Shown piece after piece: positions 45,116-56,800 of a stretch of 64,000 nucleotides of DNA (positions within the stretch are counted from its first letter, which is position 1; every line of letters starts with the position of its first letter). Position numbers and translations under genes: made by a program. The stretch lies in contig JAFLVL010000001.1 in assembly GCA_022508325.1 (NCBI GenBank), forward strand, positions 2,328 through 66,327, in the 5' to 3' direction. The notes beneath the pieces were generated by a model that was given only the letters and a program-made list of their open reading frames with translations, had not been told where the DNA came from and did not search any database. This stretch comes from Clostridiales bacterium. Its GTDB lineage: Bacteria; Bacillota; Clostridia; Christensenellales; CAG-314.

Positions 45116-46839
45116 AAAGATATTTTGCGTTAGTCAAACTGTTATTTACACAGCAATACAAACTACGCCCAAAGTCTGACGAGCGAAGCAGCAAGAAAAA
45201 GCGCGTAGGTACTGTTATTGCGTTAATTGCTCTAGCTCTGTGCTTTGCACCGACGGTAATCTCCATTGCCGTAGCTATCTACTATCTCGGGCGGCTGTCG
45301 GAAGGAAATGTGTACGTGGCGGGCTTCTTGGCGCTCATGTGTCAGGGGCTGGTATTAATGTTTGGATTGCATACCGTTATATCAAATGTTTTCGTGGTGA
45401 AGGATGCCGACAAGCTCTTGTATCTGCCTGTGCGAGTACATACGATATTTTTAGCAAAGCTGACGGTGGCGTATCTCAACGAGGTCATCACAACTGCGTT
45501 TGTGTCTCTCATTCTGCTATTGCCATTCGGCATAGGCGCGGGCGCATCGTTCGGTTACTACTTAATGCTACTGGTAGCTATTGCGACGATACCCATTCTG
45601 CCGTTATTCGTCGGTTGTATACTTGCTATGCCATTCTCAGCGCTCATTGCAAGGCTAGGCAAAAGTAGCGCAGTCAAGACGATTTTGCGCATTGGACTCT
45701 ACGTGCTGATAATGGCAGTGTATATGTACGCAATGTACAGCTTCGGATTCTATACAAGCACGCCCAATGGCAATTTGATGGACGACCCCGAGTTGTTTAT
45801 CAGCAATATTTTGAATGACTTCGTCGCTCGCCTTCAATCCTTCGTACCGTATTTACACCCGAATTACATGTTGGTAAGTTCTATGCTTGCGAAGACGTTT
45901 ATCGGTTGGCTCGGGTATTTTGCTGCTGCGATAGGCGAATGCACGGCGTTGTTCGCTATCATTGCGCTCGTGTCGTTGCCATTCTACCGTCGAATGCTAT
46001 CGACTTCTACCGAAGGCTACGGCGCAACTCGTCACAAAGCAAAGCCCGAACAATTCAGGGCAAGCAACAAGGGAGTAGTGAAGGAGTTAATCCTGACAGA
46101 CTTCAAGCGGGTTGCCCGAGACGGTCAGCTGGGTTTTCAATCCTTTGCAGGCATAGTAATGCTACCGCTAATCGTTTTGATATTTTATTTCATTATGGGG
46201 CAGTCGACGGCAGAGGAAGCATCATTTTTGGAGTTTGTTGCGGTAGATCCACTGTATCAGGTAGTAGCGCCGCTAATTATATTGGCGTATATGACTTTAC
46301 TCGGCGCGGGAACAAACGTACTGGGATTGTATCCGATATCAAGAGAGAACAAGACCATATCAATGCTCAAAAGTATCCCTGTGCCGTTTAGCAAAATCCT
46401 ACTAGCTAAGGTTCTATTTGCAACTGCGGTTATGCTGACATGCGATACGCTGACTTGCTTGCTCATCGTTTTGCTGTTGGGTGTCAAGTGGTATTGCGGT
46501 ATCGCAATGCTCATTACTATGGCATTGGTGTGCTTTGGTGCAATGTGTGTAACTACGCTACTCGACCTCAAAGATCCCAAGTTCGGTTGGACGAATTTCA
46601 ACCAAAGCCTCAAAAACGCTAAAAACAGTTGGTTGGCAATGCTTATCGGTTTGCTAGCAACAGTTGGAGTAGCGGTTGTTGCGGTATGGTTTGTTATCTG
46701 GTACGTCGTTATGCCTGCGTGGTACGTAATGCTACTTATGTGGCTGTGTATCTTTGCACTGGCTGTAGGCTTTGCGGTGGTGGCGTACAAGGTTATGGTG
46801 GGTAAGTCGCAAAAGTACTTTGACCAAATAGAGGCGTAA
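45112..46839 (+). CDS. large polytopic ABC exporter membrane component (ABC-2/ABC_export-like)
   Basis: 575-aa ORF with more than 10 hydrophobic helices. Translationally coupled to the ATPase (ATGA). Confidence 0.7.
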   Translation: MKRYFALVKLLFTQQYKLRPKSDERSSKKKRVGTVIALIALALCFAPTVISIAVAIYYLGRLSEGNVYVAGFLALMCQGLVLMFGLHTVISNVFVVKDADKLLYLPVRVHTIFLAKLTVAYLNEVITTAFVSLILLLPFGIGAGASFGYYLMLLVAIATIPILPLFVGCILAMPFSALIARLGKSSAVKTILRIGLYVLIMAVYMYAMYSFGFYTSTPNGNLMDDPELFISNILNDFVARLQSFVPYLHPNYMLVSSMLAKTFIGWLGYFAAAIGECTALFAIIALVSLPFYRRMLSTSTEGYGATRHKAKPEQFRASNKGVVKELILTDFKRVARDGQLGFQSFAGIVMLPLIVLIFYFIMGQSTAEEASFLEFVAVDPLYQVVAPLIILAYMTLLGAGTNVLGLYPISRENKTISMLKSIPVPFSKILLAKVLFATAVMLTCDTLTCLLIVLLLGVKWYCGIAMLITMALVCFGAMCVTTLLDLKDPKFGWTNFNQSLKNAKNSWLAMLIGLLATVGVAVVAVWFVIWYVVMPAWYVMLLMWLCIFALAVGFAVVAYKVMVGKSQKYFDQIEA

Positions 46840-46883
46840 GACAATAATTGTAAAAATCAATCTCACAAAAAGGGGAAAGTAAT

Positions 46884-48092
46884 ATGAAAAAGAACGTATT
46901 AGACGTGCTACGTGAGCGCGGATTTGTAAAACAGACGGTATTTGAAGACGAGTTGTATGAAATGCTGGGTAAGGAAAGCGTAACTTTCTATACAGGCTAC
47001 GATCCAACTGCGGACAGCTTGACGGCAGGGCACTTTGTGACACTTATGGCAATGGCGCACATGCAACGCGCAGGACATCGCCCGATAATTTTGATAGGCG
47101 GCGGCACGGGCATGGTTGGTGACCCTAGCGGAAGAACCGATATGCGGTCTATGATGAGTAAAGAAACGGTGCAGCACAACGTGGAGTGCTTCAAAAAGCA
47201 AATGGCGCGTTTTATCGATGTGTCCGACGGCAAGGCGATATTCGTTAACAACGCCGATTGGCTGTGGAATCTCAACTATATCGACTTTTTGCGTGAAATC
47301 GGCACGTGCTTTTCCGTCAATCAGATGCTGACGGCAGAGTGCTTCAAACAAAGATTGGAGAAAGGACTGAGCTTCCTTGAATTCAACTATATGCTCATGC
47401 AGGGATACGACTTCCTCGTGCTCAATCGCAAATATAATTGCGTTCTGCAAGCAGGCGGAGACGACCAATGGAGCAATATGCTCGCCGGCGCAGACTTGAT
47501 ACGCAGAAAAGAGGGCAAGAAGGCATACGCATTGACGTACACGCTTTTGACAACCTCCGACGGCAGAAAGATGGGCAAAACCGCCAAGGGCGCTGTCTGG
47601 TTAGACCCGAATAAAACAACGCCTTTTGAGTTTTTCCAATATTGGCGCAACGTTGAGGACGACCGTGTAGAGCTGTGCTTGAAACTGTTGACGTTTGTGG
47701 AGCTGGACGAGATAAAGGCATTGACGGCGCACAACGACGAGCGTATGAACGCGGCAAAGGAACGCCTGGCTTACGAAGTTACTGCAATAGTGCACGGCAA
47801 AGAAGTCGCCGACGAAGTGTTGAAGCAGGTTCGCGCGTCTTTCTCGCAGGACGTTGACAATATGCCTTTGGTGGAGATAGAGCAACCGACTAACATCATC
47901 GACATTCTAGTAAAGTGCGGACAGTGCAAGTCCAACGGCGAGGCAAGACGTCTAGTTGAAGGTGGCGGCGTGTCTGTAAACGACGAAAAGATAAGTTCGC
48001 CGTCTTGGACGCTACCGAGTACGGCTCTTGAAAAGGGCGAGTTTGTGCTGCACAAGGGCAAAAAAGTGCATTTGAGAGTTGTAATCAAGTGA
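46884..48092 (+). CDS. tyrS: tyrosine--tRNA ligase
   Basis: GYDPTADSLTAGH (HIGH-like), KMGKT (KMSKS) and a C-terminal S4 domain. Confidence 0.95.
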   Translation: MKKNVLDVLRERGFVKQTVFEDELYEMLGKESVTFYTGYDPTADSLTAGHFVTLMAMAHMQRAGHRPIILIGGGTGMVGDPSGRTDMRSMMSKETVQHNVECFKKQMARFIDVSDGKAIFVNNADWLWNLNYIDFLREIGTCFSVNQMLTAECFKQRLEKGLSFLEFNYMLMQGYDFLVLNRKYNCVLQAGGDDQWSNMLAGADLIRRKEGKKAYALTYTLLTTSDGRKMGKTAKGAVWLDPNKTTPFEFFQYWRNVEDDRVELCLKLLTFVELDEIKALTAHNDERMNAAKERLAYEVTAIVHGKEVADEVLKQVRASFSQDVDNMPLVEIEQPTNIIDILVKCGQCKSNGEARRLVEGGGVSVNDEKISSPSWTLPSTALEKGEFVLHKGKKVHLRVVIK

Positions 48093-48712
48093 AAGAATAT
48101 ACAACAATAGCAAATATTGAGACGGTTGCGGAAATCGTGATTGAAAAGTCGCGGTTCATTGCGTCTGCCGTGCACGTCGATAGCGTCGAAGAAGCCGTCG
48201 AGTTTGTCAACGGAAAGCGTAAGCAGTATTTTGACGCAACGCATAATTGTTACGCGTACGCGGTGGGCGATAGGGTGAAATTCTCCGATGACGGCGAGCC
48301 ACAGGGCACGGCGGGTATGCCTATTTACGAATGCATCAAGAACAATGGTCTTGACCGCCTATGTGTGGTTGTGACACGCTATTTCGGCGGAATCAAGCTG
48401 GGCGCAGGCGGACTTGTTCGGGCGTATAGCGGCAGTTGCGCGGAGGTTTTGAAGCAATGCGAGAAGCTGGCCATGACCGACTGCACACGCGCGGAAGTGG
48501 TGATAGAGTATTCGCTCTTGAAGCCGCTGCGCAAGGCGCTTTTGCCATACGCCCACGAAGAAAGTGTCGAATACGGCGATAAAGTGTGTATAGTATTCCT
48601 GTTTCCTACGGCTTCATTAACTACTATTTCAGACATAGTATCGCAAACTACGCTTGGAAAGGGCAAATTTGCCGCTAAAGAACAAATTTTAAGCCCATTT
48701 TCTGTTGGTTAG
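48089..48712 (+). CDS. yigZ: YigZ/IMPACT-family protein
   Basis: HNCYAY and RYFGGIKLGAGGLVRAY. Confidence 0.85.
   Translation: MKEYTTIANIETVAEIVIEKSRFIASAVHVDSVEEAVEFVNGKRKQYFDATHNCYAYAVGDRVKFSDDGEPQGTAGMPIYECIKNNGLDRLCVVVTRYFGGIKLGAGGLVRAYSGSCAEVLKQCEKLAMTDCTRAEVVIEYSLLKPLRKALLPYAHEESVEYGDKVCIVFLFPTASLTTISDIVSQTTLGKGKFAAKEQILSPFSVG
48621..48642. repeat. copy P4 of the palindrome, inside the yigZ 3' coding region
   Basis: CTACTATTTCAGACATAGTATC. The 19-nt core is identical to P2. Confidence 0.75.
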
Positions 48713-48763
48713 GCGGTCGCTGCTGATGATTACTTTTTAAAAAATAAAAAAGGAACTGTAAAA

Positions 48764-49414
48764 GTGTCAAAAGTACAATTAAAGGGCGCGAATTTACTCG
48801 CGCCGTTGCCTGTGTTGATGGTAACCGTTGGCAATATGGAAAATGCAAATATAATCACGGTAGCTTGGACGGGTACAATCAATTCCGTCCCGCCGCGCGT
48901 ATACGTATCCATTCGTCACGACAGATATTCCTACGATATATTGAAAGCGGGCGGCGAATTCGTTTTGAATTTCACGACGGACAAGCTGTTGCCTGTGTGT
49001 GACTATTGCGGCATACGCAGCGGCAGAGATATGGACAAATTTGCCGAAATGAAGTTGACGAAATTGCAGGCTAATACCGTTGCCGCGCCGTTGATTGCAG
49101 AAAGTCCCATAAACGTTGAATGTAGGGTGTTTGACGTACTTACCCTCGGTTCGCACGATATGTTTCTTGCTGACGTACTGGCTGTGGACGTGGACGAGGA
49201 GTACCTTGACGAAAAGGGTGGCATAGACTATGCCAAAGCGCATCTTGTCAGCTATCAGCATGGCGGCTATTACGCTACGGGCAAGCAACTGGGGCGGTTT
49301 GGCTTTGCCGCGCAGAAGAAGTACATTGCAAATTACGGCAAAGGCACGGACGCGACGGCCACAGGTGTGCCGCTTGCAAAACGCAAACCGACTAAGAAAA
49401 ATAAAACAAAATGA
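48764..49414 (+). CDS. flavin reductase-like domain protein
   Basis: 216-aa ORF with GTG start and a Flavin_Reduct-like N-terminal two thirds. Lys-rich tail. Confidence 0.75.
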   Translation: MSKVQLKGANLLAPLPVLMVTVGNMENANIITVAWTGTINSVPPRVYVSIRHDRYSYDILKAGGEFVLNFTTDKLLPVCDYCGIRSGRDMDKFAEMKLTKLQANTVAAPLIAESPINVECRVFDVLTLGSHDMFLADVLAVDVDEEYLDEKGGIDYAKAHLVSYQHGGYYATGKQLGRFGFAAQKKYIANYGKGTDATATGVPLAKRKPTKKNKTK

Positions 49415-49447
49415 ATTTTTTCTCTATTTGATAATAAATCGGGGTAA

Positions 49448-51676
49448 ATGGTGAATTTACAAAAATTGAACGACGCGCAAATAAAAGCCGTAACTGCCCC
49501 CTTAGCTCCAACGTTGGTGCTGGCAGGAGCGGGTAGCGGCAAAACGCGCGTATTGACCAACAGAATACTCTATCTTGTGCAGGAATGTGGCGTAAGTCCG
49601 TCGGAAATACTTGCAATCACTTTCACCAACAAGGCAGCCAACGAAATGAAACGCAGGCTGTTCGATTTCGACTGTCATGCGGAATACATGCACATATCTA
49701 CGATTCACTCTTTTTGCGCTACGGTATTGCGCCTTGAAGCCAAGACGTTAAATCGCGGCAGTAACTTCTCCATCTACGACGAGGACGAGAAAAAGAGCGT
49801 ACTCAAAAAAATTGTCAAGGGCATATTTGATGACGGCGATATGAAAATGGTGGACGGCTTTTGCGACAGCATTTCCGATATCAAAAACAATGCGCCGGAG
49901 TTGCTGGACGGCGACATCGCCGAGCTTGCCGCAACCGACGAATATTTGCAAGAACAGCTTGACAAGCTTTCAGCTGTTACGGAATGTGTGGACAATGAAG
50001 AGCTACTAAAGGTAATTTGTGAATACAGTGACAAAATGGCGGAAAACAACGCCATGGACTTTGACGATTTGTTGTATTATACGCACAAATTGTTCACTAG
50101 CTTTCCCGAAGTTTTAGACAAGTACCGTGACAGGTTCAAGTTTGTCTTAATCGACGAATTTCAAGACACAAACAAGGTTCAGTATCAGATTTTCAAGCTG
50201 TTGGGCGAAAAGCACCGCAACATTTTCGTAGTGGGTGACGACGACCAGTCCATTTACAGTTGGCGCGGCGCGGACGCGTACAATTTGCAGAAATTCCAAC
50301 GCGATTTCCCCGACTGTAACGTGTACAAGTTAGAGCAAAACTACCGCTCGACAAAGCGTATATTGGAGGTTGCCAACGCGCTCATCGCTCCAAATACTAA
50401 CCGTTTTGACAAGGTGTTGTGGACTGACAACGAGGAAGGTTTGAAGGTCCAACTCTTTTCCGCGTATAGCGAACAGGACGAGGCGTATTTCGTGTGTGAG
50501 CAGATAAAAAATCTTCGCTACCTCAACCCCGACTACAAGCTGAAGGATTTCGCCATTCTCATGCGTATCAACGCTTTGTCGCGTAGCTTTGAACAGCAGT
50601 TTGCCCGCAACAGAATACCGTACAAGGTATTTGGCGGTTTCAAGTTCTTCGAGCGTAGAGAAATTAAAGACGTTTTAGCCTATCTTAAACTTATTCACAA
50701 CCCTTACGACAACGAGGCGTTTATTCGCGCTTTGAACGTCCCGAAAAAACGCGGAATAGGTGATACCTCTATAGCTAAGCTCAACGCGCTATCGGTGGAA
50801 TACGGCTTGCCATTGATTGACGTCGTTTCCGACGAACGCAATTTGGACATATTCAACTCGACAACTCGCGCAAAGCTACTTGACTTTTATAAGTTGGTCA
50901 CAGAGTTAACAGAGCTGTCGAAAAATAACAACGTCAGCGTTTTCGTGCATTTAATGCTTGACATTTTGCAGTTCAGGCAAGCTCTGATAGACGCGGGAGA
51001 CGAGGATAGAGCGGCAAATATTGACGAATTTGAAGAATCTGTCATTGACTTTCAACAGACCGATCCATTAGCCAATTTGTCCGACTATTTGCAGGCGGTT
51101 AGTTTGTCATCGGACATTGACGAGGCAAATAACGGCGATTACGTGACAATTGCGACAATTCACGCCGTCAAAGGTTTGGAATTCAAGGTAGTATTCGTAG
51201 TAGGACTGGAGGATGGACTGTTTCCCCTGTCGCGTTCTACCTACGAGTTGGAATCCCTACAAGAGGAACGCCGCCTAATGTATGTAGCCGCAACTCGGGC
51301 GGAAAAGCGTCTGTATCTCACGCGCGCAACCTCGCGATTCGTCTGGGGACAGCGCAAGAATACTCTTGCGAGCAAGTATTTCAACGAAGTTCAGAAGCTG
51401 TATACTCCAGAACGCAAGCCCGCGAGCGAAAGGGATTTATCTAATAATGAATTTTTGGATAAACTCATACAAAAAGAACCTACGCCACGTCCCGCGCCCA
51501 ATCAAGGCAAGAGTGACGGTGACCTCAAGGCGTATCGAGTGGGGCAGATGGTGGAACATGCAAGCTTCGGCAAAGGCATAATTTTGATGATAAACCGCGA
51601 CGTAGCCGACGTCGTGTTCGAGTCGGTGGGCAAAAAGTCACTCAATTTGAAGTTCGCTCCGCTGAAAATTATCTAG
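49448..51676 (+). CDS. pcrA: ATP-dependent DNA helicase PcrA
   Basis: AGAGSGKT, DEFQDTN and UvrD helicase motifs. 742 aa. Confidence 0.95.
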   Translation: MVNLQKLNDAQIKAVTAPLAPTLVLAGAGSGKTRVLTNRILYLVQECGVSPSEILAITFTNKAANEMKRRLFDFDCHAEYMHISTIHSFCATVLRLEAKTLNRGSNFSIYDEDEKKSVLKKIVKGIFDDGDMKMVDGFCDSISDIKNNAPELLDGDIAELAATDEYLQEQLDKLSAVTECVDNEELLKVICEYSDKMAENNAMDFDDLLYYTHKLFTSFPEVLDKYRDRFKFVLIDEFQDTNKVQYQIFKLLGEKHRNIFVVGDDDQSIYSWRGADAYNLQKFQRDFPDCNVYKLEQNYRSTKRILEVANALIAPNTNRFDKVLWTDNEEGLKVQLFSAYSEQDEAYFVCEQIKNLRYLNPDYKLKDFAILMRINALSRSFEQQFARNRIPYKVFGGFKFFERREIKDVLAYLKLIHNPYDNEAFIRALNVPKKRGIGDTSIAKLNALSVEYGLPLIDVVSDERNLDIFNSTTRAKLLDFYKLVTELTELSKNNNVSVFVHLMLDILQFRQALIDAGDEDRAANIDEFEESVIDFQQTDPLANLSDYLQAVSLSSDIDEANNGDYVTIATIHAVKGLEFKVVFVVGLEDGLFPLSRSTYELESLQEERRLMYVAATRAEKRLYLTRATSRFVWGQRKNTLASKYFNEVQKLYTPERKPASERDLSNNEFLDKLIQKEPTPRPAPNQGKSDGDLKAYRVGQMVEHASFGKGIILMINRDVADVVFESVGKKSLNLKFAPLKII

Positions 51677-51763
51677 GCATCGGGCATTCCGCACAAAACG
51701 GCTTCACGTCGCAAAGGACGAAGGGCGCTAGTTGCAGATTGTTTTGTAGCGGAACACCCTCGC
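51677..51763 (+). repeat. nested-hairpin intergenic repeat, copy E
   Basis: Starts at the first base after the pcrA TAG. GCATCGGGCATTC-CGCACAAAAC...GTTTTGTAGCG-GAACACCCTCGC. Confidence 0.8.
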
Positions 51764-51817
51764 TTATGTAGTGTAGGTTGGTAGAGAATATAAAGTTGAA
51801 CCTTTTTAGGAGTGTAA

Positions 51818-53788
<1,971 letters not shown>

Positions 53789-53841
53789 TTCGCAACTGCC
53801 AATAAAGTGAAATTAACCGTCTATCAATACCTTGAAAATAA

Positions 53842-53870
53842 TTGAAATAAATTATTATTTATGCTAAAAT
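53842..53870 (+). promoter_or_regulatory. promoter of the yicC-gmk-rpoZ block
   Basis: TTGAAA, 17-nt spacer, (TGC)TAAAAT. Confidence 0.6.
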
Positions 53871-53900
53871 ATAAATTTGTAGAAAGCGTTTAGGTGAACT

Positions 53901-54779
53901 ATGAAAAGCATGACAGGCTACGGCAAAGCGACGGTCAAGCGCGATAGCCGTGAATTAACAATAGAAATGAAGAGTGTCAATCACAGATTTTTGGACGTTT
54001 CGCTGAAAATTCCACGCGCCTTTATTGAATACGAGGACGTGATTAGGAGCGGACTTGCCAAAGGGCTTTCTCGCGGTCACGTAGACGTTTTTCTTAACTA
54101 CACGCTGGTTGGCGATACCGACAAGACTGTTGCGGTGGATTTGTCACTCGCCAAAGGCTACGTCGAAAGTGCTCGCGCACTTCAAGCGGCGTTTCCCGAA
54201 TTGCACTTCGACTTCAATATCAACGCACTTATGCGCTCTAACGAAGTGCTGACTTTGAAACAAACTGAAGAGGACGGCGAAGTCATTCGCGAAATGTTAG
54301 CCGAAGCGGTGGCTGCGGCTGTAAACGCATTGAACACTATGCGCGAAGTAGAAGGCAATGCGTTGAGAGCTGATATTCTCGGCAAAATCGACAATCTGGA
54401 AAAGATGCTTTCGAAGGTGAAAGAGTACGCGCCACTCGTTGCCGAACAGTACAGAGAAAAACTTCGTACGCGAGTTGCCGAAGCTCTTGGCAGTGTTCAG
54501 CTTGACGAAGCGAAGATTGTCAATGAAGTGTGCTTCTTCGCTGACAAATCATGTATAGACGAAGAAATTACTCGTCTGACCAGCCATATCGCGAGGGCAA
54601 GAGAAATCTTATCAACAGACGAGCCCGTAGGAAGGAAGTTGGATTTTTTGGTGCAGGAATTTAACCGCGAAACCAATACGATTTGCTCTAAATCCAGCTA
54701 TCTGGACTTAACCAACGTCGCATTAGAGATGAAAAACGAGATTGAAAAAATCCGTGAACAAATACAAAACTTAGAATAA
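53901..54779 (+). CDS. yicC: YicC-family stress-induced protein
   Basis: MKSMTGYG N-terminus. 292 aa. Confidence 0.9.
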   Translation: MKSMTGYGKATVKRDSRELTIEMKSVNHRFLDVSLKIPRAFIEYEDVIRSGLAKGLSRGHVDVFLNYTLVGDTDKTVAVDLSLAKGYVESARALQAAFPELHFDFNINALMRSNEVLTLKQTEEDGEVIREMLAEAVAAAVNALNTMREVEGNALRADILGKIDNLEKMLSKVKEYAPLVAEQYREKLRTRVAEALGSVQLDEAKIVNEVCFFADKSCIDEEITRLTSHIARAREILSTDEPVGRKLDFLVQEFNRETNTICSKSSYLDLTNVALEMKNEIEKIREQIQNLE

Positions 54780-54800
54780 ACTTTACTTTCAGAGGTATTT

Positions 54801-55370
54801 ATGGAAGAACATAAAATGGGTAAACTCATTATCATCTCCGGTCCGAGCGGAGCAGGCAAGGGTACGATTTGCGCGGAGCTTATGCGCCTTATGCCCGACC
54901 TTGTGCTTTCCTGCTCGGTTACTACGCGTTCGCCGCGTCCAAACGAGCGTAAGGATCGCAGTTATTTCTTTGTGTCGGAAGAAACCTTCCTTGAAATGGT
55001 GCGCAAGAATGAATTGTTGGAATACGACCAACACTTCGAGAACTACTACGGCACGCCCAAGAAATTCGTCGTTGATATGTTGAACTACGGCAAGGACGTA
55101 ATTCTTGAAATCGACGTAAAGGGCGCGTTACAAGTAAAGTTAAACTATCCGGACAGTATTTTGTTTTTCATCGAAGCGCCAAGCGAACAGGCGCTGTACG
55201 AAAGGCTAATTAAGCGCGGTTCGGAGAGCGAAGAAAAAATTAAGATTCGTATGGCAAGAAACAAATTGGAGCTTGCGCAACGCGATAAGTACGACTATTG
55301 CATTATGAACGACGACCTCGATAGAGCAGTTGCTGAAATTATTGATATTTTGAAAGAAAGGAGAAAGTAA
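54801..55370 (+). CDS. gmk: guanylate kinase
   Basis: GPSGAGKGT. Confidence 0.95.
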   Translation: MEEHKMGKLIIISGPSGAGKGTICAELMRLMPDLVLSCSVTTRSPRPNERKDRSYFFVSEETFLEMVRKNELLEYDQHFENYYGTPKKFVVDMLNYGKDVILEIDVKGALQVKLNYPDSILFFIEAPSEQALYERLIKRGSESEEKIKIRMARNKLELAQRDKYDYCIMNDDLDRAVAEIIDILKERRK

Positions 55371-55372
55371 AC

Positions 55373-55558
55373 ATGATTACGAAACCCCCTATTGACGAAT
55401 TGACGGAAAAGGCTGGCGACAAATACGCTTTGTGCTGTGTAATTGCTAAGCGCGCAAAGGAGCTTAACAATAGCTCCGAGCTTCCCCAGAACTTCAAGCC
55501 TATCTCCTACGCGGCAGGAGAGTTTGACGACGGCATTACCGAAATCAACAGAAAATAA
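55373..55558 (+). CDS. rpoZ: RNA polymerase omega subunit
   Basis: 61-aa ORF with KYALCCVIAKRAKEL. Conserved position after gmk. Confidence 0.85.
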   Translation: MITKPPIDELTEKAGDKYALCCVIAKRAKELNNSSELPQNFKPISYAAGEFDDGITEINRK

Positions 55559-55618
55559 GGCTTTGTAAAACCATAAGAGGTTGTCTTACAAACCCTTGTT
55601 GCAGAGGACGACAATAAC

Positions 55619-56800
55619 ATGTTGAAATTGCAGGGCAAAAACATTGTAATAGGAATAACCGGTGGCATAGCCGTATATAAGGTTTGCCAAGTGGTTCGCG
55701 GCTTCAAAAAGCTAGGCGCAAACGTCGACGTCATCATGACGAAAAATTCGACGCAATTTGTCGCGCCTTTGACCTTTGAGACGCTATCGGGTCGTCCTGT
55801 CGTTCACGATATGTTCAAACGTAAGACCGAATGGGAAGTTGAACATATTTCTTTGGCGAAAAAGGCAGACATATTCCTCGTTTGTCCCGCAACTGCTAAT
55901 ATTGTTGGAAAATATGCCAACGGTATCGCCGACGATATGCTGTCAACGACGCTCATGGCAACGACTGCGCCAGTGGTAATCTGCCCTGCAATGAACACTA
56001 ATATGTACAAGAGTGTATCGTTTAACAAAAATCTGGATACGCTTGTGTCTCGAGGTGTTCACGTTGTAAAGGCGGAGAGCGGTTTTCTTGCCTGCGGCGA
56101 CACAGGCGACGGACGTATGGCAGACCCAGATATAATCGTCGACTGCTGTGTCAAACTCCTGTGCCCAGTAGAGGATTTGCAAGGCAAGCGCGTGCTTGTG
56201 ACCTGCGGAGCAACCATTGAGAAATTGGACGACGCAAGATATATCACCAATTTTTCCAGCGGCAAGATGGGGGCGGCAATTGTATCCGCGGCGTTAAACC
56301 GTGGTGCAGACGTTACCGTATTGCTTGCTCGCCACACTGCGGAAATCGACGCAAGAGCAAAGATTGTGAACGTCGAAACGACTGAACAAATGTACAATCG
56401 CGCAGTGGAGCTTGCGAGCGAGCATGATATTTACGTACTTGCGGGCGCGCCGTGCGACTATCGTCCCGAGAAGTTCTACGAAAGTAAAATCAAGTCGGAA
56501 GAGTTGACAGTAAGGTTTATTAAAAATCCCGACATTGCCGAGAAGATTGGTTCAATTAAGGGTGACAAATTTTTGTGCATATTCTCTGCCGAAACGGATG
56601 ACGGCGTGAACAACGCAAGAAAAAAACTATTGAAAAAACACGCCGATTTGGCGGTATTAAACGATGTCAAGCATAATGACGTATTTGGCAGTGACACTAA
56701 CGTCGTTTCGCTTGTCACCGCTGACAGCGTCGCGGACTACCCTGAAATGAGTAAGCTTGACGTTGCCGATTTAATTTTAGACAGGGCTATTAACAAATGA
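55619..56800 (+). CDS. coaBC: bifunctional phosphopantothenoylcysteine decarboxylase/synthetase
   Basis: GITGGIAVYK flavoprotein N-terminus plus a CoaB C-terminal half. Confidence 0.93.
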   Translation: MLKLQGKNIVIGITGGIAVYKVCQVVRGFKKLGANVDVIMTKNSTQFVAPLTFETLSGRPVVHDMFKRKTEWEVEHISLAKKADIFLVCPATANIVGKYANGIADDMLSTTLMATTAPVVICPAMNTNMYKSVSFNKNLDTLVSRGVHVVKAESGFLACGDTGDGRMADPDIIVDCCVKLLCPVEDLQGKRVLVTCGATIEKLDDARYITNFSSGKMGAAIVSAALNRGADVTVLLARHTAEIDARAKIVNVETTEQMYNRAVELASEHDIYVLAGAPCDYRPEKFYESKIKSEELTVRFIKNPDIAEKIGSIKGDKFLCIFSAETDDGVNNARKKLLKKHADLAVLNDVKHNDVFGSDTNVVSLVTADSVADYPEMSKLDVADLILDRAINK

